This document shows, piece by piece, positions 62,090 to 64,000 of a DNA stretch of 64,000 nt (the first letter of the stretch is position 1; each line of letters starts with the position of its first letter). The notes beneath the pieces are model-generated. The model was not told the origin of the DNA and did no database searches. It saw only the letters and a list, made by a program, of their open reading frames with translations. The DNA comes from an uncultured delta proteobacterium. Lineage in GTDB: Bacteria; Desulfobacterota; Desulfobaccia; Desulfobaccales; 0-14-0-80-60-11. The stretch lies in contig CAVPVR010000009.1 in NCBI GenBank assembly GCA_963709285.1, positions 272,333-336,332 of the forward strand, in the 5' to 3' direction. The position numbers and the translations under genes are program-made.

Positions 62090-64000
62090 ATGGAAGAACA
62101 AGTGACCGCGGTCCATCACCGGGGCCGTTCCATTCATGATTATCTGCGTATTTTTGTGAAGCGGCGTTGGACAATTCTGGCCGTCTTGGTCACCGTGGTG
62201 TCCCTGGCGGCCCTGAAGACCTTCACCGCTACTCCCATTTACCAGGCTACGGTTCAACTCCTCATTGAGCGCCACCCCCCTCGGGTTCTGGAGACGCAGA
62301 CCCAGCCTTCCTATGATTATTACGGGGAAGAATTCTACCAGACCCAGTACAAGCTCCTGGAGAGCCGGGCCCTGGCCAAGAAGGTGGCGGATAAGCTGAA
62401 GTTAAAAAGCCGCCTGCCCTACGCTAAAATGTTCGCCGACCTTCCCGCCGACGTGGACCAAACCACCAAACAGCGCTTGGAAGAAAGCCTGGTGGACGCG
62501 GTGGCGGGGGGCATAGAAGTGGAACCGGTCCGCACCAGCCGCCTGGTGAACGTGAGCTACTCCAGCCCGGACCCTAAATTTGCTGCGGAAGTGGCCAATA
62601 CCCTGGGACAGGCTTTTATCGAGCAATCCCTGGACCTGCGCTTTGCAGCTTCCCAGGAGGCGGCGCAGTGGCTCAAGAGGAAGCTGGCCGAGGCCCGCAA
62701 AAAGCTGGAGGAGTCCGAGGCCAAGATGAACCAGTACAAGCGGCAGCACAATATCGTGGCCGTGGAAGACAAGGAGAGCATTACCGCCCAGAAGCTGGAG
62801 CAGTTGAATAGGGAGCTGGTAACTGCGCAAACCAAGCGGATGGAGGTCGAGACCCGCTTCCGGGAAGTGAACGCCGGCCACCCCATCGCCCAGGTGCTGG
62901 AAAACCCTCTCATCCAGACTCTCAAGGCCGAGGAAGCTAAACTCATTACCGAGCACTCAGAGCTTTCTAAAAAATTCGGAGAGGGTCATCCCCGCATGAT
63001 CCAACTCAACCAGGAACTGTCCGCCACCCGGGGCAAGATCAATGCCGAAATGGGAATGGTCAAACAGACCATCAAGAATGAATACAACATGGCCAAGTCC
63101 CAGGAGGAAAATCTCAAGAAGGCCCTGGAGCAGCAGAAAAACGTCACCCAGGATCAAAGCGACGTGGGTATCGAGTATCGGGTTCTCCTGCGAGACGTGG
63201 AGACCAACCGGGCCCTTTACGAGAATATGCTGAAGAGTCTCAAGACCACCACGGCCACGGAGAACGTGCCCGCCACCAACATCCGCATTGTCTACCCGGC
63301 CCTGGTTCCCGAGGTGCCGGTCTCACCCCGGAAAATACGCACCCTGACCCTGGCTGCCGCTTTGGGACTGTTTTTCGGGATAGGCCTGGCCTTGCTGCTA
63401 GAAACCCTGGACACTACTATCAAGACTCCGGAGGAAGTGGAGAAGTGGCTGGAAATCCCCAATCTGGCCTTAATTCCCCATATCGACACTGCGGCTCATC
63501 CGGGGGAAGCACCCGAACTGGTGGTCTTCCATGGCCATCAACCTCTGGCCTCCGAGGCCTATCGGGTGCTGCGCACCAGCATCCTGTTCTCCTCTCCCGG
63601 TCAGACCCCTCGGCTTCTCTTGGTGACCAGCACGTTGCCCACGGAAGGCAAGACCCTGACTACTGCCAATCTGGCCACAGCCATGGCCCAAGCGGAAGGT
63701 GACGTTCTGCTGATAGACGCCGACCTGAGGCGGCCTACCCTGCATCAGCTCTTGGGTGTACCCCGGGAGCCCGGCCTGAGCAATTTTTTGGTGGGTAAGA
63801 CGGACGAACTCCCGGTGGTGGCCACGTTGGTGCCCCATCTTTTCTTGATTCCTTCTGGGGCCATTCCCCCCAACCCCTCGGAACTGCTGGGCTCTGAACG
63901 CATGCAGGAACTCCTGAATCGGGCCCAGGAGCGCTTTGCCCTTACCATCCTCGACTCGCCCCCCCTGGTGTCAGTAACGGACGCGGCCATTTTGTCCACC
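62090..64000 (+). CDS. Wzc/GumC-type polysaccharide co-polymerase with tyrosine kinase domain (runs off the window)
   Basis: Not in the ORF track. MEEQV...DYLRIFVKRRW, PIYQAT, coiled coils, then in-frame VTSTLPTEGKT, LLIDADLRRP and ILDSPP. Confidence 0.93.
   Translation, partial: MEEQVTAVHHRGRSIHDYLRIFVKRRWTILAVLVTVVSLAALKTFTATPIYQATVQLLIERHPPRVLETQTQPSYDYYGEEFYQTQYKLLESRALAKKVADKLKLKSRLPYAKMFADLPADVDQTTKQRLEESLVDAVAGGIEVEPVRTSRLVNVSYSSPDPKFAAEVANTLGQAFIEQSLDLRFAASQEAAQWLKRKLAEARKKLEESEAKMNQYKRQHNIVAVEDKESITAQKLEQLNRELVTAQTKRMEVETRFREVNAGHPIAQVLENPLIQTLKAEEAKLITEHSELSKKFGEGHPRMIQLNQELSATRGKINAEMGMVKQTIKNEYNMAKSQEENLKKALEQQKNVTQDQSDVGIEYRVLLRDVETNRALYENMLKSLKTTTATENVPATNIRIVYPALVPEVPVSPRKIRTLTLAAALGLFFGIGLALLLETLDTTIKTPEEVEKWLEIPNLALIPHIDTAAHPGEAPELVVFHGHQPLASEAYRVLRTSILFSSPGQTPRLLLVTSTLPTEGKTLTTANLATAMAQAEGDVLLIDADLRRPTLHQLLGVPREPGLSNFLVGKTDELPVVATLVPHLFLIPSGAIPPNPSELLGSERMQELLNRAQERFALTILDSPPLVSVTDAAILST

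Overview
A 64 kb chromosomal segment from an anaerobic Gram-negative bacterium. Gene content and order point to Desulfobacterota, Desulfobacca-like (inference). Core content: a Wood-Ljungdahl carbonyl-branch operon (cooC-acsD-acsA/cooS-acsB-acsC-acsE) with a Rex-like box in its promoter, rpiB-pgi, a pyruvoyl arginine decarboxylase, a tungsten AOR with MoaD and ThiF, a two-gene biotin carboxylase / divergent carboxyltransferase pair, methionine gamma-lyase, tRNA-Gln(TTG), and the start of a Wzx/Wzy-type exopolysaccharide locus (beta-barrel, short OPX, Wzc). The most unusual part is the first 7.5 kb: five paralogous PhnD-like periplasmic binding proteins flank a TolC with a long Pro-rich insertion and an HD-GYP phosphodiesterase, with no permease, ATPase or MFP in the window. 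This is a candidate undescribed envelope sensing or signalling system. Other notable items are a helically phased 12-unit motif array between recombinase-core-like palindromes (13.8 kb), several MITE families carrying REP-like palindromic cores, a secreted His/Trp-rich peptide, and several apparently inactivated enzyme domains. At least six genes carry single-base frameshifts, most likely consensus errors. All calls come from reading the sequence; no database searches were run.
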